Shown here: one piece after another, positions 21,439-34,189 of the stretch | Layout: each line of letters opens with the position of its first letter | Numbering within the stretch: the first letter of the stretch is position 1 | DNA from: Lepidodermella squamata | Lineage: Eukaryota; Animalia; Gastrotricha | Direction of reading: 5' to 3' | Assembly: GCA_047495785.1 (NCBI GenBank) | Contig: JBLDXI010000020.1 | Coordinates: 930,001-994,000, forward strand | Length of the DNA stretch: 64,000 nt | The notes under the pieces: model-generated | Database searches by the model: none | What the model was told of the DNA's origin: nothing | Seen by the model: the letters and a program-made list of their open reading frames with translations, nothing else | Translations under genes and position numbers: made by a program

Positions 21439-24400
21439 ATGGTAAAAGTTAAGATATATCAGATCTTCGTGACCGAACAGGAAGATGAGGCCCAGCCATT
21501 GGCTGATGCCAAAGTGCTGCCCTACCTTACGACTTTCTTCCGAGAGACCACGATGATGGGGCTGCCTAACTTGGTTAAACAGCCCGGAATACTCAAAAAG
21601 CTGTTCTGGCTCATTGCAATTGGAATATGCGCGTTTTTGCTATGGTGGCAGACCGATGTAAGTGATTTGTGACTATTCTGAAATTCTGTCAATCTAATGC
21701 TTTCAGAGCTACATGTCGAACGTCCTGTTATTCCAAGCCGCGACCAGTGTTTCCTACAAGGCAGTTACGAAGTTGGACTTTCCAGCAAGTAAGATCTCGA
21801 TGTCATTCGTTTTTTGCGACTATACTACTTTGATGATGTGCTTAGTAACGATTTGTAACAACAATCCAATCACCACCGATTGGTACTACACAGTGAATCC
21901 AACCTCAGCTCCTGCCACAGCAACTGCAGCTCCTTCTCCACCTTCCGGAAGTGGACCAGCCTCGTCATCGGGACCTGGTCCTGCTGCTCCGACTGCTGGC
22001 GCGGGAACGACGGTTGCAGGTGCAACCACTGCGGCAAGTGGCCCACTTCCCCCCGCACCCGCACCCTCAGGTCGCAGGCGCCGAGAAGCAGAGCAAATCT
22101 TCAATCGATTCAAGAGACAGGCTGTGTCGACTGTTCCCCCGGCTTCCGGTCCAGGCACTGCTACAGGCTCTGCTACAGGCGGAACGCAACAGAGTACACC
22201 CGCGGCTCCGACGCAGAACTCACCGAACTCACCTCCTACCAAGAAAGTTGAGTACGCTGATGAATACGCTGAAAAAATCAAAGTCCGAACGCAAGTATGT
22301 TCAAACTCAACCTACGCTAACCGAGGCTCAACCGGCCATCAACTTTGGTAAGCTATCCCCTCTGTTGTAACCTCCTTCCTATAAGAAACGTTTGAAGTGA
22401 TATGGTGCTATTGTGCGAATACGCTGGAGAATCCTGTAATATCGGAACGTAAGTACACCAAAACATCGGATGGCTTGCTTAAACACTAAAATATCGTAGC
22501 AACTTCACATGGCACTGGAACCCAACTTATGGTAGGAAAATTTTAAGATTTCAAAGTCCTTACTCCTAGCGTGCTTCTCTGAAAGGAAATTGCTACACAT
22601 TCAACGCCGGTTACTCGGTCTCTTCGAGCCCTGTTTATGGCAATGAGACTGACCTGTACACTCTCAAAAAGGGAGGATCCAATGGAGGGGGCATTCGAAG
22701 TACTTCAATTCCAGGCGACAGCAATGGTATGGATCCTTTTTCTTCTGAAGCTCGAAGCTGAAATTCCTAAATTTGATTTCAGGGCTATATGTACTGCTCC
22801 ACGCAGATATCATTCACTATTTGTCAACGACTTATGAAGTCGGTTGGCGCGTTGTGATTCACAACCAAACAGAAATGCCCTTCCCTGAAGAAAATGGCAT
22901 TTCGATAACACCAGGTCAGAGTTCTTAGCCATGATATTCGAAATGAAGTATCCTCCTTTTTCAATTCCAAGGCACATCCACCAGAGTAGGCATTTCGTTT
23001 GGTTATGGCTCGAGATTGAACGTTGTTGACAAGTTGGTGGAGAATTAATGATCGTCAATTTCATTTATAACTGTCTACTTTTCAGTATTCTCTACATGGC
23101 GAACTACAGCAGCTGCGTCACAGACACGGACTATGAATATGATGCCTCGGATAATGCCTACACTCGAATGATGGAAGTTGGTTACACGCCGAGTGCTTGC
23201 AAGAAAACCTGTTATCAGCGCCAAGTAAAAGATATCACACTTGTTTCGGAATATTTCGCTTACAAATGGATGTCTTTTTAGGTAATGTCGGTATGTAAAG
23301 TAAGTTGATATTGCACTTACTTTTCGATCTTGCAATGCGATATCGTGTTTCAAGTGTTACGACGTTTATTTTCCTAACGAGGGCAACGCGTTTTCTTCGG
23401 TTCCTAATTACGCAAATATGGGACCTTGGTAAGGTTTTCCCCATCGATACAAACAATTTCTCACCAAATTTGTTTAGTTCATATACCAACGATACTCAAT
23501 GTAAGAAGCAATGTGTTGAAGTTAAAGCTACAATAGGTTTGTTGAACCTGTAACAGGGATCTGCCGAGAAAATGCAATTTACAACTACACAAATGGTAAA
23601 CTCAACTGTTGGTGTCCGGACAATTGCGAGTAAGGACAATTTAGTTGAAAATCTGTGCTTTTGAAATTACACTTGATAAAGTTTTTACAACTACGATCTC
23701 ACAATTTCGGCATTTCGCTGGCCAAACAGCGAGAATGTATCGATGGTAAGATTTAATGATTTCACGGCCCATCGAAGCTATTTCTCGCCTGTGATATAGG
23801 CTACGGTTTGTTCAAATCTGTATTCGATCTTGACGAAACGCATAAACAGCAACGATTCGACGTGTACGAATACGTCATACCTGGCCCAGAAATACTACAA
23901 CAAAACCAGCCAGTATCAGCTTTATCAGCAGTTGTACGGCTGCTTGGATGGAAAATTTTCATATCCCATCGTTTCCTATGACGAAGTGGGCGTTCATGTT
24001 GTAGGCAAACAGTTTGCACAATTGTACATCTACTATCGCGACTTTAATGTCCAGGTAAAAATGCAGCAATCTCGGATTTTCGGAGTTATTACTGTATCAT
24101 TACTATAATTTAGGTTGTGCAAGAATACGAGTCGTATGCGATGTCAGATATTTTTTCAAACCTTGGTAATAAGGATTAAGGTTGCTCTTAGCGAATATCC
24201 CTTCCGATTTCTATTTCATCAGGTGGTCTAGTGGGGCTGTTTTTCGGATTCTCGATTCTGACACTGTTTGAGTACGTACAGCTGCCCATCGATCTGATCC
24301 TCATTGGTATAGCTAAACTCATCAATCGCAACAAACCGAAAAAAGGATCAGCGCTGACCTTGAGTAGCGAAAGCTCGATGGCGAAGATGGTGCCTCAGTC

Positions 24401-24638
24401 GGTTAGAAATGGTCGCATGCACAGTGTGTTGTCACATGAGCACCATCACTCAAATGCCGCGGTATACCCACAGCAAGGACCAGCCATGCAAGGCAACTTT
24501 CCACCTTATGGCACCCCACCGGCTTATCCAGCTGATTGGAACGCCTATTACGGCCAGTTCTACCCCCAGCCGCAGAAGGATCAGACCCTACCGGGGGCTC
24601 TTTACCCGAACCCTACAGGCGATAACACTCAAATGTGA
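21439..24638 (+). CDS. DEG/ENaC channel subunit 2 (about 16 introns)
   Basis: Same motif series. TM2 FSNLGGLVGLFFGFSILTLFE, C-tail with PPAY. Confidence 0.93.
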
Positions 24639-24856
24639 AAATGAAGTTTTTCTTCCCACGATGCAAGGGACAATTTAATTGGATTATCGATAATTCAAAA
24701 CTAATCAAATTGTTTTTCTCGTTAAGTGGAAACATCTATTGCTGTGACTGAGATGAATTATTAAAACAATCGATGTTAGAGAAATAACACATGGAGAGCA
24801 GCATTCATGATGATTCAACATGCGGAGTCTGCTATTGATCCCAGAGTTGTCGTGAT

Positions 24857-26023
24857 TCAGAACAATTTTGCGAAAAGCAGGACAGCGAGCGCAAATGAAA
24901 CTTCCAGTTTTGAAGCTGAATTCTGACAGTCGAGCTCGGTGATCATGAGGGACGTTTTAACGCTTTCTGTTAAGATTTTGATTTAAAAACTCTCATCCAA
25001 GAAAAAAACATGTCCTCCTTACTGCATTTTCCTGTAGTGCCAGAGGTATCGCCATCCGAAATACAAGCCGTACAAATGTTTCCAGCGGCACAAACAGTGA
25101 CATTGAGGTTGCCGTTATTGATAGGGTCGAGGGCACAGACATTATTCATTGAGCCGCTCTTGGTACCAGAAGGTACGCAAATCGTTTTTGTCACATAGCT
25201 CAGCCCCCAAGAATCTTGATAGCCAATAACGAAAGGGCCAAACCCGCTAACACAGCCGCATTTCTTCGTCGCTTGATCACAGGCACCAGCGCCGGTTCGA
25301 ACGTAGCCGATGAGATCCATTGTCTTAAACAGACCAGAACCGGGCCAATTGCACTCGGCATCTGAGGTACACGGGTCGCCGAATTCATTTGGGACACAAA
25401 CTTGCATGGTTGTGTTGAATTTCATTCCAGCCATGCATTTGCACTTCTTATCAGCCCCGCATGTCGACAATGCCGGGCAGGTCTTCGTTCCGTCGCAAGT
25501 CATGTCAGCTATACAGCTATTCAATGTGGCGTTGAACACTGTACCAGCTGCGCAAGTGACCTTTCCACCAACGCAGCTCGCAGCGGGAATTCGAATCCTC
25601 TCCTCTGCTGATTCAGTGCAGTTGGCTCCAACCGTCGTAATGTATCGTTCTATGGTTGGAACAAAATTAGTTGTTGGTCACAAAATATCGAAAATTACTT
25701 CGGACACATTTTCCATTGACATTGACGTAGCAATCTGTGCACTGGCAAGTCGCTTTGTTGCAGCCAGGCCACTATTAAAGGAGAAAGAATGGTGGAGCGT
25801 TTAGATTTATCTTCCGTTTTATTTACATACAAATTCAACTTTCGTATCGCACACTTCGTTGTTGCTAGAGCTGCAGGCCTTGTCGTCTTCACAAGCTTAA
25901 ACAAAACAAAAATCATCCAACTGAAATCTGCGCATGGAAAATCCAACCTGTTCCAATCGCAGCATCTGCCGCGCCAAGCAGCAAGCTGTTAACCAGGAAT
26001 AAGGCAATCAATCGAACAAACAT
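24857..26023 (-). CDS. Secreted cysteine-rich protein (EGF/EB-module-like) with probable GPI-anchor signal, 5 exons
   Basis: Signal peptide MFVRLIALFLVNSLLLGAADA, repeated C-x4-5-C...CxC modules, and a terminal hydrophobic tail CQNSASKLEVSFALAVLLFAKLF with no cytoplasmic domain. Confidence 0.75.
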
Positions 26024-26507
26024 GCTAGAAATTATAAATGCGCTTATTTGCAATACGGATGCTCTAGAATGTATAAGGTGCGGAATGTGTTTTAAAACGG
26101 CGCGCGGCCTTTCATACCGGCTATTGAATTCTTGAACTTTCCTTTCAAAACGAGACGTATTGCACTCGTAATTTTTTTATTATTTGCTTCATAGCGTAAG
26201 AATAAACAGTACATACATATTCTCGACTCCATATAATAATAATATATTTAAAATGGCGTGTCAGCTATTGACGGTGTTTTGTATCACGCTTCGTTCTATA
26301 TAACAAGTACGCATGAATGTATAAAAATGTGAGGCGTGCCAAGAAGCGCCTCTGTTTGACACACAGGTGTTATCCATAAAAATTACGAGTTATTACGCAC
26401 GATTTATGAAGCTCGCGAAACATGCAATTCGTGGCTCCTACCTTAATCATTCTCTAAGAATCAAGATTAATTTACAAAGCACAATTAGTAGTCTGAGCCT
26501 CGATATC

Positions 26508-29177
26508 TCACTTCGGGGGTAATGGAGGAAAGTTATTGTGGGCACTGACGCTTGATTTAGAGGTCAGGCTCTCATGGGCTTGAATCGGTGGCGTCGGTCG
26601 AGGGTGAGGCGAATTCGGTGGGCCATAGATTTCCTCAGGAAACTTTTTCCCGTTGGGGTCATGGAAAACAACTTTGACCCTAAAAAAAGTACACAATTAT
26701 ATTTGAAGATACACAGCATTAAAAGATAACTAACTCTTCTTTAGGAGTAGTTTTGTTTCGATTCGATAAATTTAACAGTTTGGCAATCGCGATTCCGGTC
26801 AAATCAATTAGAAGCATGACGTATTCCATTAGTGTCATGAAGGAAAAGCCGAAAAACAACCCCAAAATACCGCCGAGATAAGCGAGCAAATCGGCCAGTT
26901 CCAGCCATTCGCTTTCAATCACGGTCTGGTAGTTGAAATCTTTGTAGTAAATGTAGACCTCAGCAAACTGGTTGCCTATGATGTAGTCGGCAAGCTCGTA
27001 GTAAGAACTGATGGGCGCGGTGAATGTTTCTTTAGTGCATCCGTCAAGGTCATCGAGAAGGTGGTAAGGAATACCGCTACTAACCATCTTTGCAATGTTT
27101 GAGGTTTTTGTGCAAGTGCTATCATTCTTGGCGATTCTTTTGTCAAATACTTGTTTGATCGTTCGGCATAAGGGGGACTATCATATCGGATGAAACTTTT
27201 TCATTTATTCTATAAATTCTATAAATTTGCTTACGAGAGATTGGGAAGATGGGTTAGGCCAGCGCATCGAGCTGATTGTAGGAGTTATGGCATAATTTCT
27301 GCAGTTTTCGGTGCAATTTGCTGCACAGCCAAGCGTATCGGCCTGATACGCTTTCAAAACGCCCTCCCGGCACTTCCATTGGGTCGTGTTTTGGTACGAG
27401 CATGGAGGAACTGTAGTGGAACCGGTAGCGCTAAATGCATAACCATCTTTCGGAAACAGAAAGTCAAAACACTACAAAATGTTCATGTTAGAAAATATTC
27501 TCAAATTTTCAGTAGAAAATACCGAACAGGTGCTGATAACATTCAGCTGGTAGCAAGTCTTGTAGCACGCTGATGATGAGTAGGTCGTTTCCATGACTTT
27601 AGAATACGCATTTCGTGTATCATTTTCGTTTCGCGCGGTCTCATCTGTGCAATCACTGTAAGTGGCGGTGTATAGTTCATTCGTAACAGTGGAAAGGCGT
27701 TGAATGAAGCTCAGTTGTAGTCCAATGTGAGTAGAAGTGCCAGTTGTGACGAAAATGCCAGTCTCCTCGGGGAAAGGCATGTCAGTCTGGTTGTGAATGA
27801 CAATCCTCCATCCAATCTTTTATCAAGATCAACATATACAGACCAAAAATCGTATGCTACTCTAATACCTGCGTTGTCGTTGGGATGTAATGATCGGTAT
27901 CTGCGTTTAGCAACAAGTAAAGACCGTATTGATCTCCTGGTAACTTGGTGATTCGAATTCCAGTGTCATTGGCACCACCGCGTTTCAAAATAAATAAATC
28001 AGTCTCTAAGCCGTAAACCGGACTCTCCTTCTCGAAATAACCGCCGTTAAATGTGTAACAGTTTCCTGATTTATGTAGCGTTCAAAATTCGAGCAAAACT
28101 ACTTTATCCTAAACATACCGTACTGAGAATTCCAGTGCCAATGTCTAAAGGAGCTAGACGATAGAATATAAAAATTTCATACTCTCAATCGATGCGGTGG
28201 CCAATGGCTTACGCTTCGGGGCTGCAGGAAACGCCACTGAACTGGCAATCTAAAACCATGCTACAAACATAGTGAATGAATGTCCTAATGGTGCACATAT
28301 TTGATTGGGGAACTTACTCGCAAAGTTGGTGTCCTATTGCTTCACGTTCCTGAACAGGCACTTTTGAAGCCTTCTCTTGGATAGCCAGTTTTATCTGAGT
28401 GTCGTCAGAGAAAGCTGGGTATTCTCCAGGAGGAGGAGCGACTGCATTCTGGGGTTTAGGTCCCTGTATCACCTGTCGCTTTTTTCTGGAAAGAATTTCC
28501 CGTTTTTTCCGACCAGACGGAGGTGCCGGCGGTGTAGTTCCAGCTCCGCCAGTGCCAGCAGTGCCAGTAGCAGCACCGCCAGACGAAGCGGCAGGTGATG
28601 GCGCCGCAGTTACAGGATTGGTTCCAACTGAGCCCGCAATACTAGCCGCATTAGCTACTGTTGCACCACTGTTATCTGTAGGCACAGCTGCTCCACCACT
28701 TCCCCCTCCACCTTTAGCAGCTTGAAATCCACTTGGGTTGTACCAATCATATGAAACAGGGTTGTTGTTACAAACTGCAATCAGAATTTACCATCGAAAG
28801 TTGTAGATGAATATTTCTTACTTGTAATTGCTGGAAAATACAGCCGACGTGATGTTTCGATCGTTACGGATGTCGTTGCCTGGAATCGTGTAAATTTCAC
28901 GATAAAGATCTGGAAAAAAATGTTAAGATATCATATTTAAGAGATCTTTCAATCGAATTACGCTCAGCTCCCAGTAGAGAAGGAAAGACATTAAACCAAT
29001 GCACGCTAACCAGAAGAGTTTTTTCAGGATTCCCGGTTGCTTGACCAAAAAAGGGAATCCAGCCATGGTGGTCTCTTTGAAGAAAGTGACCAGGTATCGG
29101 ATGACGTGAACATCTCGGAAACTTTGCGCGCCGCCTTCGTTCTCCTCTTCAACGTATAAATCATATATTCTGACCAT
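26508..29177 (-). CDS. DEG/ENaC channel subunit 3 (about 9 introns)
   Basis: ETTMAGFP, FPAITICNNNP, GRKKREILSRKKRQ, GNCYTFN, TM2 LAYLGGILGLFFGFSFMTLME. Confidence 0.93.
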
Positions 29178-29536
29178 CTTCAAAACTCAGAAATTAGCAA
29201 TTTGCAAAACGTTTTTATGTGTCGAACGCTGACAATTTTTTAACCTTACGTAGGCCGTAGTGACGTTGTGACAACACAACACCGACATTGGTTAAGCATT
29301 CCCCAGGAGCTGGAAAATTATTCTCGATTGTTCGATTTCAGAGCCATTAACTGGAGGGATTGATGCATTCAGCGGCGTTGAGAGTTAGGTGCTCAAATTT
29401 TTGTGAAATAATCGATTGAACAGAAAAGCCAAAAAACTAGTTCTACGCAACGCAACCAACAATTTTATTGCAAAAATGATATGAAAATAATTGTAAATGC
29501 TAATGATGATCACAAAACAGTCGATTATTAGGAATT

Positions 29537-32413
29537 TCAATCTTTTTTCGAAGATATTATGACTGCTCGAACCGTAGCGCTCTTCTGCTGAGGGTGGATC
29601 GCTGATACAGGTTTCGTCAGGCCATGAGGTGGGCCGTATATTGCTGTGGTTTCGAGCGGCAGGTCAGCAGCGTCATGATGAGAATGATGTGAAAGAGAGG
29701 CCGATTTGCCTCTGCCATCTAAACTTTGATCACATGTTTCAGGCAAATGACCTTTCGGCGAGGTTTTGTTCTTCTCGCAGTGAACAATCAGCTTCCCAAT
29801 TGCGATTCCGATCAAGTCAAACAGCAGCATTACATACTCCATCAGAGTCATGAAGGAGAAGCCGAAAAACAGGCCGATGACACCACCAAGGTACGACAAC
29901 AGATCAGGTAAGGCTAGCCATTCACTTTCGATTACAGTTTGATAGTTGAAATCCTTGTAGTAGATGTAAAGCTCGGCGAACTGGTTCCCGATGATGTAAT
30001 CCGCTATTTGGTAGTAAGAAGTGATCGGGCAATGAAACGTTTCTTTGCTGCAACCATCTAAATCGTCGAGAAGCTTGTACGTATTTCCCGATTTAACCAT
30101 GTTCCTTATATTAGACGTATTCGTACAGGTTGAGTCTGTGCCATTAATTCTCTTATCCAGGATACTTTTGATTGAAGAGCAAACGGAGGACTAAAATAGA
30201 GCCAAATGATTCTTCGTAAGGTATCGTATAGGAAGAAAAAATTACCAGAGATTGTACGTTTGGATTAGGCCAGCGCATCGAGCTTATCGTTGTGCTCACA
30301 GTATAACTCCTAAGATTGAGATTAATTCAAGCTCCGGGGTGCATTTTCAGACAACTTACTCGCAGGATTCAGGGCATTCGCTACTGCAATTCAGGCCATC
30401 GGCAATGTAAGCTTTCAGAATTCCTTCCCGGCATGTCCATTGAGTTTGGTTGGTGTAAGAACATGCTGGTTCGGAAACATTACCGGTTGAGCTAAAAGCG
30501 TAACCTTGGTTCGGGTACAAGAAGTCGAAACACTAGAAACGGCACTTGAATAGACAATTACAAGATGAAGCTACTTAAACATACCCCGCAGTTTTTGAGA
30601 ACGTATCTATGTGGAAAAAAATCAATTATATTTTTGAAAATTCATGAAAGTCTCAAACCTCTGGTAACATGTTTTATAGCATGCTGATGACGTATAAGTG
30701 ATCTCCATGAGCTTTGAGTACGCATTTTTGGGGTCATCCGGATCTCGAATTTTCTTAGTGACGCAATTACTGTACTGTGCTGTGTAGAGTTCATTCGTTA
30801 CGGTAGAAAGCTGCTCAATGTAGCTGAGTTGCATGGCTATTCGAGTTGAGGTGCCAGTTGTGACAAAAATACCACTCTCCTCAGGAAAGGGCATTTCAGT
30901 TTGGTTGTGAATCACAACTCTCCAACCAATCTTGACACGAAGTTTTGTATACATTTTCTGAGTAATATCGGATTTTTACCTGTGTGGTATCGGGAATATA
31001 ATGGTCCGTATCTGATAATTGATAAGTTCATCGCGAAATCTTTCCAAATTATATGAACTCCTACCGGCATTTAATAAAAGATAAAGCCCGTACTGATCGC
31101 CGGGCAGCTTGGTGATTCTGATTCCTGTATCGTTATCACCACCTCGCTTCAGAACGAACAGTTCTTCCTCGTCCCCATAGACCGGGCTTTCCTTCTCAAA
31201 GTAACCGCCATTGAATGTGTAGCAGTTACCGTATTGATTATTCCAGTGCCAATGACGGAATTCTCTGTTGAAAAATCGATTGTACACATTTATTTTCATG
31301 ATTTGTTCGCTTCTTACGATCCCGGGTTGCATGAGACTCCGCTGAACTGGCACGACAGCACCATGTCACAGAGTTGATGTCCGATATTTTGTCTATCATT
31401 GTATGCTACTTTAGACGCTTTTTCTTGAACAGAAAGTGTCGTCTGCACAGAGGGTGAGTAGTTCGGATATTCTGCCGGTGGGACGTTGATACTCATAGTC
31501 GGCGGTGGGGCTGGAGCCTTTTGTTGAGTTGACGGCCCAGATGCTGCTTGGATAGGGGGCGGTGCTGCCTGTCTTTTCTCCCTGAGATGAGCCTCAATCT
31601 CGTCGCCCACTTCTCGTTTCTTACGACCGGGCACTGGAGCTGCAGGAGGACTTGCAACTTTTGCTGTTGTAGCCGCGGCTGCGGTCGTAGCTGCCGCGAC
31701 AGTCGGAGCTGCTGTTGCGACTGAAGGGGCTGATGTAGCAGCCACGGAGGGCGAAGGAGCTGCTGCTGATCCCGATGAGACGGTTCCGGTGCCTGTCCCG
31801 GTTGCAGTTCCAGTACCCGTTCCGGTTGGTGTACCCGATGAAGAGCTGGTACTACTGGTACATCCAGGTGAGGTGAGTGACTTCTCCAAAGCCGATTTGT
31901 ATCCACTCGCGTCATACCATTCGTAGTTGACTGGGTTATTGTTACAAACTAAAAGACGACATAGTCGTAATCTATGAGCAATTATTTCAAGGATTTGCCT
32001 TACTTGTGATAGCGGGGAAGTACAGGCGGCGAGAAGTTTGAATCGAAACAGCCGTTGATGTTTGCCATTGTAGAAAGTTGGTAAAAAAGAGCTGGTAAAG
32101 ATAATGACGTGTAAGTCAAATATTCAATTTTTCAGATTTCTTACATTCAACTGCCAGCCAAGGAGCCACGCCATTATGCCTATACTGGCTAGCCAGAAAA
32201 GTTTCTTCAGGATTCCTGGCTGCTTGACGAGAAATGGGAAGCCTAAATTGATCGAAGATCGAAGAATGATTCGAAAACTGTCAAGTCCTAGAGCAAACCT
32301 GCCATGGTGGTTTCCCGGAAGAATGTTTTAATATAGAGCCAAACATTCGCGTTTTTGAAATTCTGGGCTTCGCCGCCTTCTTCCTCGACATAAAGATCGT
32401 AGATTCGCCACAT
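29537..32413 (-). CDS. DEG/ENaC channel subunit 4 (about 10 introns)
   Basis: MWRIYDLYVEEE start, GNCYTFNGG, MPFPEESG, TM2 LSYLGGVIGLFFGFSFMTLME. Confidence 0.93.
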
Positions 32414-32699
32414 GTTTAGCCTAAGACTGTCTAATTTACAAAATTGGGCGTAGGTTGCAATGCGGAAAATTAAGTTGCGAACGCCAGCTTAATCGATCCA
32501 TCATTGTTTTCAGTATGCCGTCGGTTATTTCTGGTAATTAAACTTTAATCAAGCACCCACTTGGGGCAAAGAATGAAGAATGGCGAACAATAGTTTATTG
32601 TTTTATAAGAAGAAAAAACGATCGCGTGGCAACGAGGCATGCTTCTCGACTAAATAACAAACAGATCACAAACTGTCTAGCGTATACGCTTATCAAAGC

Positions 32700-33818
32700 A
32701 TTCAAGTTTCCAGTACGATCGAGAGAACCATTACGTGTTTGTGTTTTGTATTGGAGACAAACGGGAGGTATTGCGCATGGTACTGTTCCGCAGTTAGCCG
32801 AAGATACGCTGCATAGGCCTGAGTGGCTATGGGATCTGGCGGCTTTCCATAGTCATCAATTTGGGACTGAGGTATTGCCCGATTACCAGGGATATCGGTA
32901 GTTGCAAAGCTAGAGCCGTAATAGAGTGCAGAGCTCGAAATCGGTGGGCGGTGTCCAGGACTTCCGTATAGATCGTTCGAGCCTACAGGATACCCTGTTA
33001 AAACATGGGATGCAGAGTAAGGTTTTGTTGCACTTCTGATGCTGATGGTATCATTTCTCGGCCTAAAATTGAAAAGAGCTTATTAGAGTCAATTTTCTTA
33101 GCTATGCCCATCATTACTGTTCAAGAGTTGGCGTAGTCTTGGATGATTTGCAGCAGATTTGCACGCAGTTTGCCAATGCCAATTCCAAATAGGTCAATAA
33201 TCAGCATAACATGCTCCATCATCGTCATAAAGGAGAATCCGAAAAATAGCCCTGAAAAATTCCGAAATCGAGGTGCAACGGAATAATGGGAATGTTAGTT
33301 GGACGTAATCGTGCAAGTCGCATCTGATCCGTTGATTCTGCTATCAATTATTGCTTTGATATTGCGACAAAGCGGTGACTAATATGAAAAATAATTCAAT
33401 AACTAGGCATCAGGTAAACTAGACACCCACCAAAGCTTGGCTTGAAGTATTTGGCCACCGCATTACACTCGTTGTAGTCGAGATTGAATACCCTCTAAAA
33501 TCGAGGGTTCGAATCGTAGGTACATTGTGCTTCGAAAATAACCTGCAGTTATCAGGGAAAGCATCGCCGCACGCCACATCCAAGGGCATCAACCATGTAA
33601 GCCTGCAAGGAGGAGCTGTGACATTGCCACTATCACTAAAAGCTTTTCCTTGGCTTGGGAATACAAAGTAGAAGCACTGAAAGATGAACGGTGAAAGAAC
33701 AAGTCAACGGAATTCCTTTACCCCACATCCGTTGATCCCGTCCTTTTAACACATCTCGGAAGGTGGCTCCATCGGGCCCAGGTTCATCATCAACGTAGAG
33801 GCGATAAATCTGAACCAT
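32700..33818 (-). pseudogene. DEG/ENaC pseudogene (subunit 5-like) with multiple internal deletions
   Basis: Exon 1 start (MVQIYRLYVDDE) is fused out of frame to thumb exons (CFYFVFPSQGKAFSDSGNVT; YSISTTTSVMRWP; SPLCRNIKAIIDSRINGSDATC then stop), followed by GLFFGFSFMTMME. TM1, finger and most of the palm are absent. The left boundary is approximate. Confidence 0.85.
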
Positions 33819-34189
33819 ACTTTGTTCGAATAAAAAATCAAAACAAGAATATATCAGGACATTTCTTCTACCAGACGTTTTCTCAGTAATATATTATCCA
33901 TCACTGAGTGCAGAGACGAATGATTTAACAACTGCGACATCGATGATATCATGAGACGAAATGAATACTGAATGATTCCTATATAACGTTATATCATTTG
34001 TTCCGCGTGGGCACAGGTTCTTAAGAAAACAAATATAAACATTTTCTTCATTAAAAGACGTTGCCCAGCAATCGATCACGCCTGGGAAAGTAACGATACG
34101 GCAATATATAAAACATCTTGTAGTTTATTTTTTATAAAAATTGATTCATTTCGTCATGGTTTAAAACCTTGTCACAAGAAGTCTCAGTT

